Part shown: one piece after another, positions 12,541 to 25,609 of the stretch
Layout of the letters: every line of letters begins with the position of its first letter
How positions within the stretch are numbered: the stretch's first letter is position 1
Assembly: GCA_028534125.1 (NCBI GenBank)
Contig: CM052816.1
Coordinates: 6,636,001-6,700,000 of the forward strand
Length of the DNA: 64,000 nucleotides
Source of the DNA: Lama glama
Lineage: Eukaryota
Reading direction: 5' to 3'
The notes under the pieces: model-generated
What the model was told of the DNA's origin: nothing
Database searches by the model: none
The model's input: the letters and a program-made list of their open reading frames with translations, nothing else
Program-made: the position numbers and the translations under genes

Positions 12541-13044
12541 CCATTCATTCCCTTCAACTTTCTTTAGCCACGAGCCTGGCATGAGATAGTAATATTCCAA
12601 GATTTAAATCAGGGGGAGGATAGGAAGCCCTCTGTGTGCCTTATATGACAAACTGTCTGTTTTACTATGGCCATTTACAGGAGAGCCCTGCATTGGCGTT
12701 TTGGTCACTGAAGCAGCTATTAATACAATGGCATTTTGTTCTCAGTCCTTTTTTCCTTATGGATATTACTTGTCAAGGTGTCTTGCAGGCCAAAAACTGG
12801 GCATTTTTAGGAATCAGAAGCAAAATACCATCCTAATTCCCCTAAGATTTCATCCTTTTATATGCGAAGCACATTTTGTCCTCCTTTTAGAGACCCACAC
12901 TCATTGTGGCATATTAAAGGCGCTGTAAAGTCCTGCAGTGAAGAGATTTGCTCAGCCTTGTTTAACTCAGAGTTTTCATGCCTGTGTGTTCATTGCATCC
13001 CACTGTGGTAATGCACTGAGGGCACATTTTGGGAAATACTAGTA

Positions 13045-13270
13045 TAGTATAAAAAGCGAACTTTTTCCGTAAAGGGTGATGTAGTAAATATTTTAAGATT
13101 TTTATAGTCATACACTCTTTCACAACTACTCAATACTGTCATTATAGCAAAAAAGCAGCCACTGACAATATGTAAATAAATTAGCATGGCTGTGGCCCAG
13201 TATTATCTTGTTTACAAAAAACAGGTAGCAAGCTAGATTTGGTCCATGGGTTATGGTTTGCTGACCCTTG
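13045..13270 (+). mobile_element. MER58A hAT-Charlie MITE
   Basis: AACTTTTTCCGTAAAGGG...TAGTAAATATTTT...CAACTACTCAA...GCAGCCA...TTTGCTGACCCTTG. Confidence 0.85.
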
Positions 13271-13929
13271 GTATACATTAAAAGTTGTCAAATGCTTTTT
13301 TTTTTTTTGGCATTTTCTCCTAAGTACAACCTCATCCTGTTTTTAAGGTCTGATTTCTTTGATGAGAAAAAATACTGGAAGGAAAAGAAAAACCTGATTC
13401 ATCATTTTGACTTAAACCAATTAGAGTTAGTTTTTGCTTTGAATTTTATTGTTTTGATTTTTCTGTCTCTCTCTCTCTCTTTTTTAATCTGCAATTAAGA
13501 GTTCTGGCCAGGACAACTGGCTTTCTGGAAAGTGAAATTCAAAAGCATTTGGCAGAAACCCAAAATGGGAGAAAAGAGTATCATGGCCAAGAAAGAATGA
13601 GAACAAGAAGAGAGACCCTGAAAGGGGCAAGAGAGCCTTTGCCGGGACACAGCTACAGTGTTCCCTTTATGCTTCTCTCCAGCACCTTTCCCGCCAGCAA
13701 GGCGGCCTGGCTGCTCCCTGGAGTGAATTTCATCTGTGACCCACACGAGAGGTCTTTCTCCTCCATAAGGATGGAGAGAAGGTAAAGGAGTAGAGAGAAG
13801 ACAGTCTCAAGGGTCCATTTAAAGTTAGAGTTAGTGACCAATAATTGTAAATAAATTCATTTCCTTCCTTGAGTGTTGTTTTTGAAATTTTGATCCATTA
13901 AATGATCATTTTTAGACACACTGCACACT

Positions 13930-14880
13930 TGCCTGCCATTTATCTGCTTCTCTTTTACAGCAAAATTCCATCAGTCTACAGTCTCCACTTGCACTTCCTT
14001 GTCCTCCACCTCTTCTTGCAACCACTCTAGTCAAGCTTTTCCCTCCACTACTCCCAAGAAACCACACTTACTAAGCTCACCAGTGACTCCAGGTGTCCAT
14101 TCTCAAGCCTCCTTTTGCTCCTCCTCTCCACGGCACTGATTTACTCGGCCCCCTTTGTTACTGAAACACTTTCTTCACTTGGCTCCCTGGACACTACACT
14201 CACCTTCCAGCCACTTTTCAAACACATCTTCACCACCGCTCCTCCCTTACCTCATCTATTACATCCCTTCTTAGCTAGTTCTCTTGGTTCCACTTTTGTC
14301 CCCCACCCTCAGACGATTCTCCACACAGAAGATGGAGTGATGACGTGATGCTTTAAAAAGTCTCGACCTGTTCAAAATCTACTAAGGGCCTGCCAACACA
14401 CTTAGAACAAAACTCAAAACTGTTACACGGCTGACAGAGGCCCTACAGAGACTGTGATGCCAACAGCTCTCCGAGTTGCTCCCAATCCCACTCCACCCAC
14501 ATTACAAGAGCCTTCTTCTGGCTCGTTCCCATCTCATGGCCTATGAGCTTGCTGTCCTATCTCCCTGTAACCCTCTTCCCTCAGACATTTTCCTGGCTTG
14601 AATCTTTACTTCATGCAGATCTCTATTCAAACATCACATCTCAGAAAAGCTTTCCCTGAGCAGTACTCCCTCTTCACTGTCTATCCTCCTTATCTTACTT
14701 TAATTTTATTTGAAACACTTCTCAAATCTTAACTATGTCATGTATTTATTGGTTGGTCTGTCTGCCCCAATAGAAAGTAAGCCCCATAAAGGCAGAGACT
14801 GTGTGTGCTGCTCACTACTCTATTTGCAGCACCTAGAATATTGCCTGGAATATAGACATTCAGTATATACTGCTGAATGG
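13930..14880 (+). mobile_element. L2 LINE 3' portion
   Basis: Pyrimidine-rich L2 body ending GCACCTAGAATATTGCCTGGAATATAGAC...TGCTGAATG, the L2 3' terminus. Confidence 0.8.
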
Positions 14881-15889
14881 GCTGGGCACTGGGATATAAA
14901 ATACTTACAATACTTGGCCTTAAAATGGCTGTGTAAATCTAATTCAAAGTATGGGAAAGGGAACAATGAAGAATCGCGTACACAACTGTAACGACACAAG
15001 GCAGAGCATCTGCGGCAAATAAAAGAATAAAATTTTACAAAAGCATAGTTGAGTTAGACATTACCTCTGACTAGGGGAAGACTTCACAGAGCAGATGACA
15101 TTAAGCTGAACGTTAGAGAATGTGTAGTGTCTTGCTTGAAAGAAGAGGAAGAAGGAATAGCATGAAAAATGCTAGGGAAGCTAAGGAAAGATGTTCATTC
15201 ATTCGTTTAATGAATATTTATTGATTTTCTATTATGGGTTTGTGAAGCATTGTTCTAAGTGCTGGGGATTTGGGAATGAATAAAACAGAGAGGAATACAA
15301 ATTACAGCTTTTATGTTCAAGTAGGAAGCATTAGTCAATAGGAAAATTAGCAAAGAAATATACCCAACAATTTCAGATCATGAAATATGCAGGGTCATAA
15401 TACAACAGAGGATAAGATAAAGAGTTCAAAAGGACTGCACAAGAGATAAGATGCACTGCTTGGGACAGACTTGCCACAAAAGTTCTCTCAGGAAAGTCCT
15501 GGAAACTAAAGGGTGAGAAGGAGCCAGCTCAGCACACAGATAAAGGAAAGTCATACCCAGTCAAGGAAACAGCAAGGGCCCAGGTTAATGAGTCATTAAT
15601 CTGCTTGCTGACCATTTCTGGTTCTCCACCTTCCTGGCACAGGTAGAATTGTATTTCCTGGTTCTTGTAGTAGATGGGGTCTTGTGATTAATTCCAGCCC
15701 CTAAACTGGGAGCAGAAGTAATGCGTATCACTTAATCGCTAATGTAAGAGCTGCCCAAGTTATGTTTTCCGTCTGGAATAGCAACTAACAATCGCTGGTG
15801 GGAATGGTGGCCACTTCATCATCCTTGGTCCCGGAGTAACTGCAGTAAGCAAAGCCCCTCTGCTGATCTATAATGAACAGATAATAGCA

Positions 15890-16160
15890 TTTAGGTTCAT
15901 TCTGTGTGTGGACATATATTTTTGTTTCTCTTGAGTAGATATCCAGGAATGGAATTGCATGGTCATACGGTAAGTCAATGTTTAACATTTTAAGAAACTC
16001 CCAAACTGTTTTCCAAAGCGGCTGTACCATTTTGCATCTCTGACATCAGTGTATGAGGGTTCCAATTGCTCTGCATCCTGACACTTGTTACTGTCTTTCT
16101 AATTATAGCCATTCCAATGGGTATGAAGTGGTCAGACTTGCCTTTCTCTAATGACTAATG
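15890..16160 (-). mobile_element. L1 ORF2 C-terminal fragment
   Basis: ORF 15785-16030 (-) MVQPLWKTVWEFLKMLNIDLPYD matches the L1 ORF2 C-terminus. Confidence 0.85.
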
Positions 16161-16199
16161 AACCCATGATCTAATCGACACTAGGCAAGAAAGTATGCA

Positions 16200-16692
16200 A
16201 AACCCTGAAAAGGCCCTTTCACAGGTCCAGTGATAAATGACAGACAAGGTGGTAACAGTGAGGAGGATGTGGACTATGAACTCTCATAGCGCAAACCCTG
16301 TGCTGAGGGACTTGATTAAACTTCAGACTGCTTGCTACCTGCACTAAACCATGTCCCTAAAGGTGACCCCAGCACTGTTCTGAGTCTCTGCTCAAGAAAA
16401 TACAATGCCGCCAAACCACAAAATGTGCATTCTTCCAACTCACAGTGCCAAACCATTTTCGGTAATTCTCCACTTATCCCTTTCTGTAATTTTCCATTTC
16501 CCTACAGCCCCCAATTCCTTTCTGTTCCCCCTTTTCACTAACCCCTTTTTGATCTCTGTTTTTCCCGTTAAAAACTTCAGTTACCTTTGTCTTAGAGTTG
16601 AGCTCAGTTTAGAGTGTCTCTCTCTTACTGCATCAGTCTGAATAAAATCTATCTTGACACTTTTACGTTTTCAGTATTGTTGCCCTTTGAGC
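16200..16692 (+). mobile_element. Solo LTR (ERV1-like)
   Basis: TTAAAAA box, GTTGAGCTCAGTTT, CTGAATAAAATCTATCTT poly(A) signal and T-rich U5; LTR-like size; 5' boundary uncertain. Confidence 0.55.
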
Positions 16693-18668
16693 AGGTAAAG
16701 AAAATATATTTCCTTCAGAAACATATTTATTCAGAAACAGAATGAAACAACATGATGAAGGATTTTAAGTAGGGAATGAAAGTAAGGAGTAAATCAAGGT
16801 TGACTCGTGGGATTTTGGCCTGAATAGACTCTGAGTGGGTTCTTCGGGAGGTGAGGTGCCATTTGATGATATGAAATTGCCTGGGGTGGAGGGCACGTGG
16901 AGAAAGAGGAAGGAAAAACTTCAAACTCTATTTTGAAAATACTAACTTGACATGCCTATCATATATCCAATTACAAACAACAAAGAGTCAGATGGATATA
17001 TAAATCTGGAACATAAGAAAGAATACAGATATAGATATATATTTGGGAGCCATTTTCATCTATTTGGTACTTAAAGCCATGAAGTAGATGAGGTCACTGT
17101 AGGACAATGTGCAGAGAATTGGTCTGGTACCAATTAGTGGAGACCTCAAACAAAGGTAGGATTGAGAAGGAAAATTAAGAAAAGAAGAGGAATATAAAGA
17201 GGCAAGAAAAATATTGAGAGGGTGGCACCCCAGATACCAAGATAAGAATTTTCACAAGGAAAGTGTGGTCAACAATAAATTGTAAGTAAAAAGTTCAAAA
17301 ACATGTCCCCTACTTTTGGCAACATGATGATCACGGACAGGAAAGGTTTTTGAGAAGTAATCATGGTGATAGTGAGACTGACATAGATTAAAGACATAGT
17401 GGAAGATAAGGACCCAGATCCAGTGAATGTAGACCAATTCTTAAAAGATTTACTGTGAAGGAGAATAGAGGAATATGATGTTAGAATAAGTAGAATGCAG
17501 ACCATAAAAGGGTAAATTGTGAGAAACTGGAGTATATTTATATGCAATAGGATGGATGTGGATTAAAAAAAAAAGGTGCAAGGTAGGAAATGGAGAACTA
17601 TAGAAACAAATGCATGAGGAAATTACTGGGAAAGAGAGCACAGGAGACTTGCTCTTGATAGAAGCAGCGAAAGGATAGAAAATAGAGAATATGACTCTAA
17701 ATAAAGATATGTTCTGGATTTGATAATGTGCATATGAGAGGTCCCTTTGGTTCTATTTTTCATGCAAAGTTATCAGATAAGCCTTAGGGCATGGGCGTGG
17801 TAGGACAACTGAGGGAGCGAAGGCTTGTCCCAGACAGGAGGAAACAAACTTAACAGGATGGTAATTTTAGGCAGTATGAGTGCCCATTTGAGATTTGTGG
17901 TCTTGAATTTAAACTGCAAAGGATTTGTCACCATACTGTATGTGTCTTTTCCATTTAGGTGCAGATGTTTATCTGTTTTGTTACAGATACTGACAAGGTA
18001 AACAATTAGATTTAACCTGCTGCCTAGGGTTTAGCTAGGCAAACACATAATAGGGTTAGTTAAACAAGGTTATTGAAGGTTTTTATAAGGGCATGATTTC
18101 CATGCTGGACAAGAGCATCTGCGCTGGGTAAAGACACAAATGTAGGTAAGAGGGGAACAATCAATGGTGAAAAATGGTGATGCCAGTGCACTGGAGACCC
18201 AGTTGGGGGTCAAAATATTGTTGAGAGGACTAAATGATTAATCAAGTCAGAAACACAGAGGTTGGTGATGAGAGAGAAAGATAGCTGAAACAAAGATTTC
18301 AGAGGCAATACAGTTACTGATGATTGCAAGGTCTAGGATGAGGTAGGGTGGAAGACAAGAACATGAGTTGAGATGAAGGCAATCAATGGATCATCTTTTT
18401 GGACATTAAAGTCACCAGATATTCTGATAAGTATATGGCTTTTTGCAAGTCTTCACATTATATTTACTTGGGACAGGTTTCAGCCTACAAAGGTTCATTA
18501 TTAAAGGCCAATGTCTTCGATTGCAGGTATTATCAGAATCTGAAATTAGTTGCCCTAAGCATTATGGGAGTCTATGAGAATGGTGCTCCATAGAATTGTT
18601 ACTGCACAACTTGTGTAGCTGTACACTGCATTCTTGTACCCATACTGAGCTGGACTAATGGTCTAGAC

Positions 18669-18894
18669 TAGTTGTTCCTAAATGGGTAATCATCTGGTGA
18701 TGATTTTCTCCCTTTGTCCCCAAGGGAAAATTGGCAAGAGATACTTTGGGTGGTCATAACTTCAAGGGTATGGGTACTACTGTTTGGTACATACCAAGGA
18801 TGCTGCTAGACATCCTGTAATGGACAGGATTACTCTCTACAATAAAGAATTATCTGGCTCAAAATGTCAATAGAGCCAAAGTTGAGAATCCCTG
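18669..18894 (+). mobile_element. MER20 with 8-bp TSD
   Basis: AAAGAATTATCTGGCTCAAAATGTCAATAGAGCCAAAGTTGAGAATCCCTG end; flanked by GTCTAGAC (18661-18668) and GTCTAGTC (18895-18902). Confidence 0.88.
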
Positions 18895-19744
18895 GTCTAG
18901 TCCTAGAAGCTATTTGCGGGCATTCACGTATTTTCCTTCTACGACAGACAAATCCATTGCTCAGATGTAAAAGACCATGGTGAGTTTTGTCTCACAGTAT
19001 GGGGGTTCATGCAGACTCCTATCAAGTGGTCCTTGCCCTCAACTCTCCCCCCCCATTCCCACTAAATTTTCTTATGCAACTTGTTCCCATTCCTGGCAGG
19101 AGATAGAGAAAGCATCTGTAATCACTAAGCCATTCAATTAATTACCTGATGCATAAAATTAAGGTAATTAAAAAGGAAGAATTAGGTCAATCCTTCTCAA
19201 TTGGCCACACTCTAGTTATCCTATAAGCTGTTAGTCTAACTGTGGAGCCTCCCTGGACTCTGAGAAATGCCCCACAGGTATTTCTTGTCTTCTCTCAGAC
19301 ATCTGCAATTTGCCAAAGGGCTTGCAAAGGGAGTTCTATGTTAAGTATCAAGTACCTGGGGGGCAAGTTCTGAATAACGTGCTACCTGTCCTAAGAACTT
19401 TACTTGATGTTTTGTGTCACAGGAGGTACTTCTTTTAGAGACCAATTCCTAGTCCAAGCTCTGCCACTAACTTGCCATGTCACCCTGGAGAGGTCACTTT
19501 CCCTCTCTGGATTCAATTCTCTGCCTGGAGCTTGAGGGGGAAGGATAAACTAGGTTCTACCCAAAGACACAGTAGTAAGAATCAGCTTCATTTTGATGGG
19601 TGCCCAAAGTTTTAACAATGAAACTGACACATCTGAAAAGGTTCTCTGAGACATACTCTCCAGTGAGGGGAAGAGAGTTACTAAACATATAACAATGAAA
19701 GGTGATGAGTGTATAGAGGAAAGGGCCATAATATTGTCAGAGTC

Positions 19745-19900
19745 TTGCCGTTCAAAGTGCAGTTCTTGGACCAGCTTTATCAGCATTACTTGTGAGAAAG
19801 GCAAGACCTCAGTTCCCATCCCAGACCTATTGAATCAGAATCTGCATCGTAGCAAGATTTTCCCAGGTGACTCATGTGCATGAATGTTTGAGAAGCACTG
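19745..19900 (+). mobile_element. MER5-family MITE
   Basis: CCCAGACCTATTGAATCAGAATCTGCA...CCAGGTGACTC...TTTGAGAAGCACTG. Confidence 0.8.
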
Positions 19901-20660
19901 CTCTAGGGGTCAGGAGGATCTTTTTGCACTTTCAATAAGCAAGAGTTGGGAATAAAGCTGGAAAGATTGGTTAGGACCAGGGTAAACAGTCTGGACTTGC
20001 CTCTGCAGACATCTGAAGATGAGATAAAGCATTTAAGTGGGGGAAACACATAATCAAAGCTGAGATTTAGGAAGATTCAATTGTCCAAATGTAGAACAGA
20101 TTGTAGAAAGTAACGAGAAAAAGGGAGACAGTCACTAGGCTATTACAACAATGCAGGTAATAGTATCACAAAAATAAAATAAATGGAAAGGAATGACTAA
20201 AACCTAATGCTATTTTGTATTTCAATGCCATGCTCACAAAAACCTCGTTTGTCCTATGATGTTATTAGAGCTTGTTTTCAGCCTCTGAGACACTCAAAAT
20301 CAGCAAAGGGACTTTAAGTTTCTTCTCAAACTGCTAGGGGTAAAAATTTTAAACAGCAATACATAAAATAATATACATATTTCACATATACAAGTAAAAC
20401 CTATCATCAGCCCCTTATAGACATGGGTATTTTTTCATCCATGGGTTGCTTTCCATTTCCAAAATGAGCAAGTATGAAACATAAACAAATAAACCCATGT
20501 GTTGGGCAACATGAATATATAAATTAAAGACATATAGGTAAATCACTTCCCTTTTCTGGAACTCTATTTTCCCATCAGCCAATTGTGATGTTAAATTAGT
20601 CTCCTAAGGGCTGTTAAACTCTGACCTCTTAGTTTTCAACCATTCAGTGGTATCCATTCA

Positions 20661-20676
20661 GTACGTACGTACGTAC

Positions 20677-20704
<28 letters not shown>
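20661..20704 (+). repeat. Compound microsatellite (GTAC)4(GT)14
   Basis: Read directly from the sequence. Confidence 0.95.
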
Positions 20705-20707
<3 letters not shown>

Positions 20708-20709
20708 GG

Positions 20710-21506
20710 AGGGGAGAGGTGTTCCCATATCAAGGAGCAATTCTCAGGACACCAGCTGGGTGGACACACTCTGCCCAGAGACAGTATCAAGGTTTAGTCC
20801 TAAAAGACTGTCCTCACCACCACCACACCTAAGACGCTAGTTACAAGTCCAGATTGTCACCTGTACACTTCTGTACAACTGGCTATAAATCAGAGGTTCC
20901 CAAGACCCCCTCCTTGGGTTTGATTGCTTTGCTAGAGCAGCTCACAGAACTCAGAGAAACATTTTACTTGCTAGATCACCAAAGGATTTGTAACTCAGGA
21001 ACAACCAGACAGAAATGATACAAAGAACAAGGCATGGAGAAAAGGGAGAGGACCGTCCATGCCTTCTCCAGGCATGTCTTCAGCCATTCTCCCAGCACCT
21101 TTACATGTTCACCAACCCAAAAGCTCTCCAAACCCTGTCCTTTGGGGTTTTATGGCGGCTTCATTAGAAATACATGAATTACTAAATCCTGAGCCATTAA
21201 AATCTCCAGCTCCACCTCCCAACTCCCTCCCCAGCGGTGGGGCAGGGGTTCTAAAAATTCCAACCCTGTAACCACATGGTTGGTTCTCCTGACAATCAGC
21301 CTCCCATCCTTAGGGTTACCTAAGGGCTTACCAAAAGTCACCTCATAACATAACAAAAGACAACTTTATTTTTCTTTCACAGTAAATTCCAAGAGTTTCA
21401 GGAGCTGTGAGCCAGAAATGTTGGACAAAGACCAAATGCATATGAGAAAAAAATTTTGGTCATCTGAATGACCAAGTACACATTTCTTACAAATCACAAT
21501 ATCACA
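20710..21506 (-). mobile_element. MER21-like ERVL LTR
   Basis: GGCTATAAATCAGAGGTTCCC...GCTAGAGCAGCTCACAGAACTCAG...; ends ATCACAATATCACA (reverse TGTGATATTGTGAT). Confidence 0.8.
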
Positions 21507-21690
21507 TCTATGATTACCCCAGGTAGGTATCAAGGCAAGTGGACATGATGGTGATTTAAAGCAGATGTAGTGTCACTCTCACAGAGCTCTGAGCCTAACC
21601 TTATGATCCTTCTGAGTAGACAAACCTGAAATTGCCAGAAAGATGCCCCAGATATTTCAAAGCTTAAGTTGGAACACTTGGAAGAGATGG

Positions 21691-22124
21691 CATATTAGTT
21701 AACTGTGATGGCTGTAACAGATTGCTACAAATTTTAGTGGTTTAAAAAAAATCCAGAAATTTTATTTTCTCACAGTTCTAGAAGCTAGAGCCCAAATCAA
21801 TGCATAAGCAAGCCATGGTCTGTCTGAAGCCTCTAGAGGAGAATCCTTCCTTGTCTCTTCCAGCTTCTGTTGGCTCCAGACATTCCTTGGTTTATGGTGA
21901 TGCAGCTCCAAACCCTGCCTTCATTTTTGCATGGCTATTTCCTCTTCTCCCTGTGCCTTCTCTTCTGTTTCTTCTGTCATTGGACTCAGGGTCGAACTGG
22001 ATAACCCAGGAAGATCTCATCTTGAGATGCTGCACTTAATTACATCTGCAAAGACTCTTTTTCCAAATAAGGTCACATTCACAGGTACCAAGTGTTTGGG
22101 GGAGCCACCATTCAACCCATTACA
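21691..22124 (-). mobile_element. MLT1C-like MaLR LTR
   Basis: TTCTCACAGTTCTAGAAGCTAG...ATTACATCTGCAAAGAC...CACCATTCAACCCATTACA; 5-bp flanks GATGG/GAAGG resemble a TSD. Confidence 0.88.
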
Positions 22125-23084
22125 GAAGGTGTGCTCATAAAAAGATTAGATACTGTTAATCTTGTTATATAAATAAAGCTTCAAGTCTACCAAGAGAACC
22201 AACCACTGGTACTGTCCCTCAGGTTGTCCCAACTTGAGTAAAAAGAAAAAATCCTAAACCAAGCAGAGAACTAAGGTATTAGAGGCACACACCTTGTCAA
22301 AAGCACTTATCTCGGGGCCCTTGGGGATGACTTCAGTGACCCTTCACAAGTGCTCAAATAAGCTGATGGAGCTTCAGAAAAGCAGCCAAGGGACCAATAA
22401 CGTTAACCCTCTTAGGGAAAGCCTCTCACAATCACTCATTAGTAGAGCTGTACTTAAGTGAACAGGAGAATAAAACAGCCCCGTTACGCTTAGGAGACTG
22501 AAAAGAGTCAAGGGAATGAATTTTAAATCCAACAAAGGCTCAGTATGGTTGATAAGCTTCAGACCCACTTTAGTATTTTCAATCCACTGCCATTTTAGCT
22601 TTCAGCGAGTGCACCCCCAGTCACATTATGTTCATTGGATGGGTATCAATGGACATTGGAAATACATAATAATATAGAACCAGTTATGCTATTTAACAAT
22701 TATGTTATTACTATCCCTATATAGTTTTACATAAGAATATGAATAAAACTATATGAAACACACTATCACATTTAATGACTCATTATTACTTGAGATAAGT
22801 TGGATAATAAGCCATTCACCTACCATCTATCACTGAAATCTTTCATGCCAGGGAATATCTACATTATGTTTCTCTGAGCTTTTACAGTAACTATAAAATT
22901 ACCTGAAAGTGGAGATACATGTCATGTACAAACGAGACCAAAATATATTTATAGCCACAAAATAAATTGGTTTCTACCCCAAGCCTTGACCCTAATAAAA
23001 TTATTAACCCAACCTAGAACAAGACATAACTGATTAGAATATGCATGTCTGTACAAAAACCCGCTCCCAAAGGTTTAAAGAATC

Positions 23085-23295
23085 TTTGTTAACAACCTCC
23101 AAAAACTGTAAGCAACCAAGATATCCTTCACCAGGTGAATGGATAGTATGTTCAAACAACAGAACACTAGTCAGTGATTAAAAAGGAATAAACTATCAAA
23201 TCATGTAAGGACATGGATGAATCTTAAATTCATACTGCTAAGTGAAAGAAGCCAATGTGAAAAAACTACATACTGTATGATTTCATTTACACCAC
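23085..23295 (+). mobile_element. Old L1 3' fragment
   Basis: AAGCAACCAAGATATCCTTCA...ACATGGATGAATCTTAAA...CTAAGTGAAAGAAGCCA. Confidence 0.8.
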
Positions 23296-23716
23296 GTGCA
23301 TAGAAGAATCTACATAGCAGGCCTGAGACTGCTATCCTTAGAAAGACCTGCTTGCAAGTTGCTCCTTGTCTCAAGGTATCTCAAGAAGTGCTTTTCAGGA
23401 GGATCCCCCACCAGTCCAAGCATGCTTCAGTGTGGATCACTGTGCCTACGTTGCTTGTGCAAACAACGTGGTGTGTGCTGAACACCTTCTTTTCTTCTCG
23501 GAGTCTGGCATTTCGGCACATGCTAGACAGAGCATGCCTGTGTGACCAGCCTCTGATGAAAACCCTGGACACTGAATCTCTAATGCGTTTCCCTGGTAGA
23601 CAACATTTCACACATGTCGTAACTCACTGCTGCGGAAACTGAGCACATTCTGTGTGATTCCACTGGGAGAGAACCCTCAGAAGCTTGTGCCTGGTTTCAT
23701 CTTGACTTTGTCCCAT
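23296..23716 (+). mobile_element. MER68-like ERVL LTR (3' truncated)
   Basis: ACATAGCAGGCCTGAGACTGCTATCCTTAGAAAG...GTGACCAGCC...TTCCCTGGTAGACAACATTTCACAC. Confidence 0.7.
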
Positions 23717-24675
23717 GAATGAAGTCTATACTTCAAATCCAGGAAGTTATATCACCAGGATGGTTTTTGCTAGGAAAGACTGCCCTGAAGCTAATATTTC
23801 CTTGTGAAGTACTTGGGCCCATGGCCTAGTTTCTGGGAAATTAGCCTAGTTTATTACAGGCTATAAGCTTCTCTTCCCTTTATTGTTGGTGACCTGTAAT
23901 AGATTAATTTCAGATACTAACATGTTACTCAAAGACTTTATGCTCTAAATCCACTTGGAGGGATGATAAAATAATTTAATTCAGTGAAACAATGTATAAG
24001 TTACAGTCACTAATTAGGTGTTTTCAAATCAAACTGTTGTTTCTGCCAAATAGAAAACCATCCAATTTCAGAGAATCAAATTTTTGGCCACTTGGCCCAG
24101 TGCCTCCACATTCTTCTCAGGAAGCCAAGTGACATCCTCTCAAGCATGGGCTGAGAAGATGGAAAACTACCCAGTATGAGATGCGAGGTAAGGAGGAGAC
24201 CTACAAGGAAAGTCCCTCAAGTACCCCAGCCAGGAAAATATTTTAGAGAACTTGTTACTCCAAATTTGCTAACTCATTTAATTTGTTACAGCAAATCAAA
24301 TTGCTGCAACTGATCTAGGACAAGGGTGTTGGGTAGTGGTTTGGTATGATGTCAAATCTACTTCTATATGACAAAAATGAGTGAGTGAAATTATGAGTGA
24401 AACTGTTTTCAAGAGTGAAATTACTGATCTGATGTAAAAGTGAAATCGTGTGTCAGGCTGTCGTCATCCACATCTGTGGTAAGATAAGCTCTCAGCTCAT
24501 CAGGGGGCTTATCAACAAGAACATATGAAGAAGCAACTCTGGTGGGGACATTTAGACTGAAATGCTCAGAGTTTGTAAGGACTATAGGAGAGTGTTCAGT
24601 CTGGGCAAGGTTATCCTGTGCTAATCTAATTAGCTCTCTGAAGGCTGTGGGCACTAGTTCCTGCCATGGCAAAGG

Positions 24676-24790
24676 TGATTTACTGACAGTCGTGAATTTG
24701 GGCAGCGACCCCCCTCAAAAGGAGGTCATGTTGCCTGTTAACAATGGTGCTATTGTTCCCTAGTCCTGTGCAGTAGCAACAGGTGACTCA
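24676..24790. promoter_or_regulatory. Candidate enhancer core (PBX-HOX+MEIS, SoxE dimer and AP-1 motifs)
   Basis: TGATTTAC at 24676-24683 abutting TGACAG at 24684-24689; AACAAT-N6-ATTGTT at 24740-24757; TGACTCA at 24784-24790; lies in non-repeat DNA. Confidence 0.45.
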
Positions 24791-25116
24791 GGTGACTTAT
24801 GCTTTGTGTGTGCATGTGTGTGTGTGCTGACAGCTGGATGTCAGCTCTCGGTTGGCTAAACCACCTCCCCGAGAACCAATTAGTACAAAGGCACATCTCA
24901 ACTAAATGCATTCCTTTCATCTCTCCTTGCCTGGAATAGTAGCATAATTAATCTATCATTGGATTGGAGTACGTTATTTCTTTATTGGCTTAAGAGACAT
25001 TATCTTGCATGCTATTGGCTGAAGAAATTATTATAATTCCCACAATAAACCTGTATTAGATAAAATACTGGCAAAGACAATCTCAGTCTCTGAACATCAT
25101 TTGCCCAAAACAAACA

Positions 25117-25310
25117 AAGGGTCAGCAAACCTTTTCTTAAAGAGCCTGATAATAGTTTGTTTTCTGGGCCAAGAAACAGAATTGACACTATTAATACATT
25201 CACAAATATAACCATTTTAAGATGTGATCAATTAAAACGGATAAAATCCATTCACAGCTTGCCGGGTGTGTCACTGGACTCGGCCTTTGGGCAGTAGTTT
25301 GCCGACCCAT
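25117..25310 (+). mobile_element. MER58-family MITE
   Basis: GGGTCAGCAAACCTTTTCTTAAAGAGCC ... GGGCAGTAGTTTGCCGACCC terminal inverted repeats. Confidence 0.7.
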
Positions 25311-25609
25311 ATGCTAGAGTGTTGCCTGTCCTCCCCAGGACAGCTCCTCAGATATCTGATGGTAGCACTCTTGCTAGCACACACCTGAACACTGCCCCAC
25401 GCTCAATGCCCAGCCATGGCACTGGCTTCTTAATGCCTCCCCTTTCAAGGTCTCCAGACCTCTTTCTCTTAGTATGAGTTATAATGAGTTATCTATTTAA
25501 AGACATGGCACTCAGATTCAATTTAATACTCTAGCTCTTGTTTGTGCAGCTTAAATTTTGGCCAGCATCACTTATTCAGAATCCATACTTTTATTTAGAA
25601 TGTTTTTGG

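Larger units (their letters stand above)
15190..18420 (-). mobile_element. Fragmented L2 LINE interrupted by LTR and L1 insertions (15.6-16.7 kb)
   Basis: ATTCATTCGTTTAATGAATATTTATTG reverse L2 tail at ~15197; purine-rich reverse L2 body resumes at ~16.7 kb. Confidence 0.7.

Noticed and set aside
24421..24763. Overlapping 83-aa and 73-aa ORFs in unique DNA
   Set aside because: No recognisable homology or flanking splice structure; the region looks regulatory instead.
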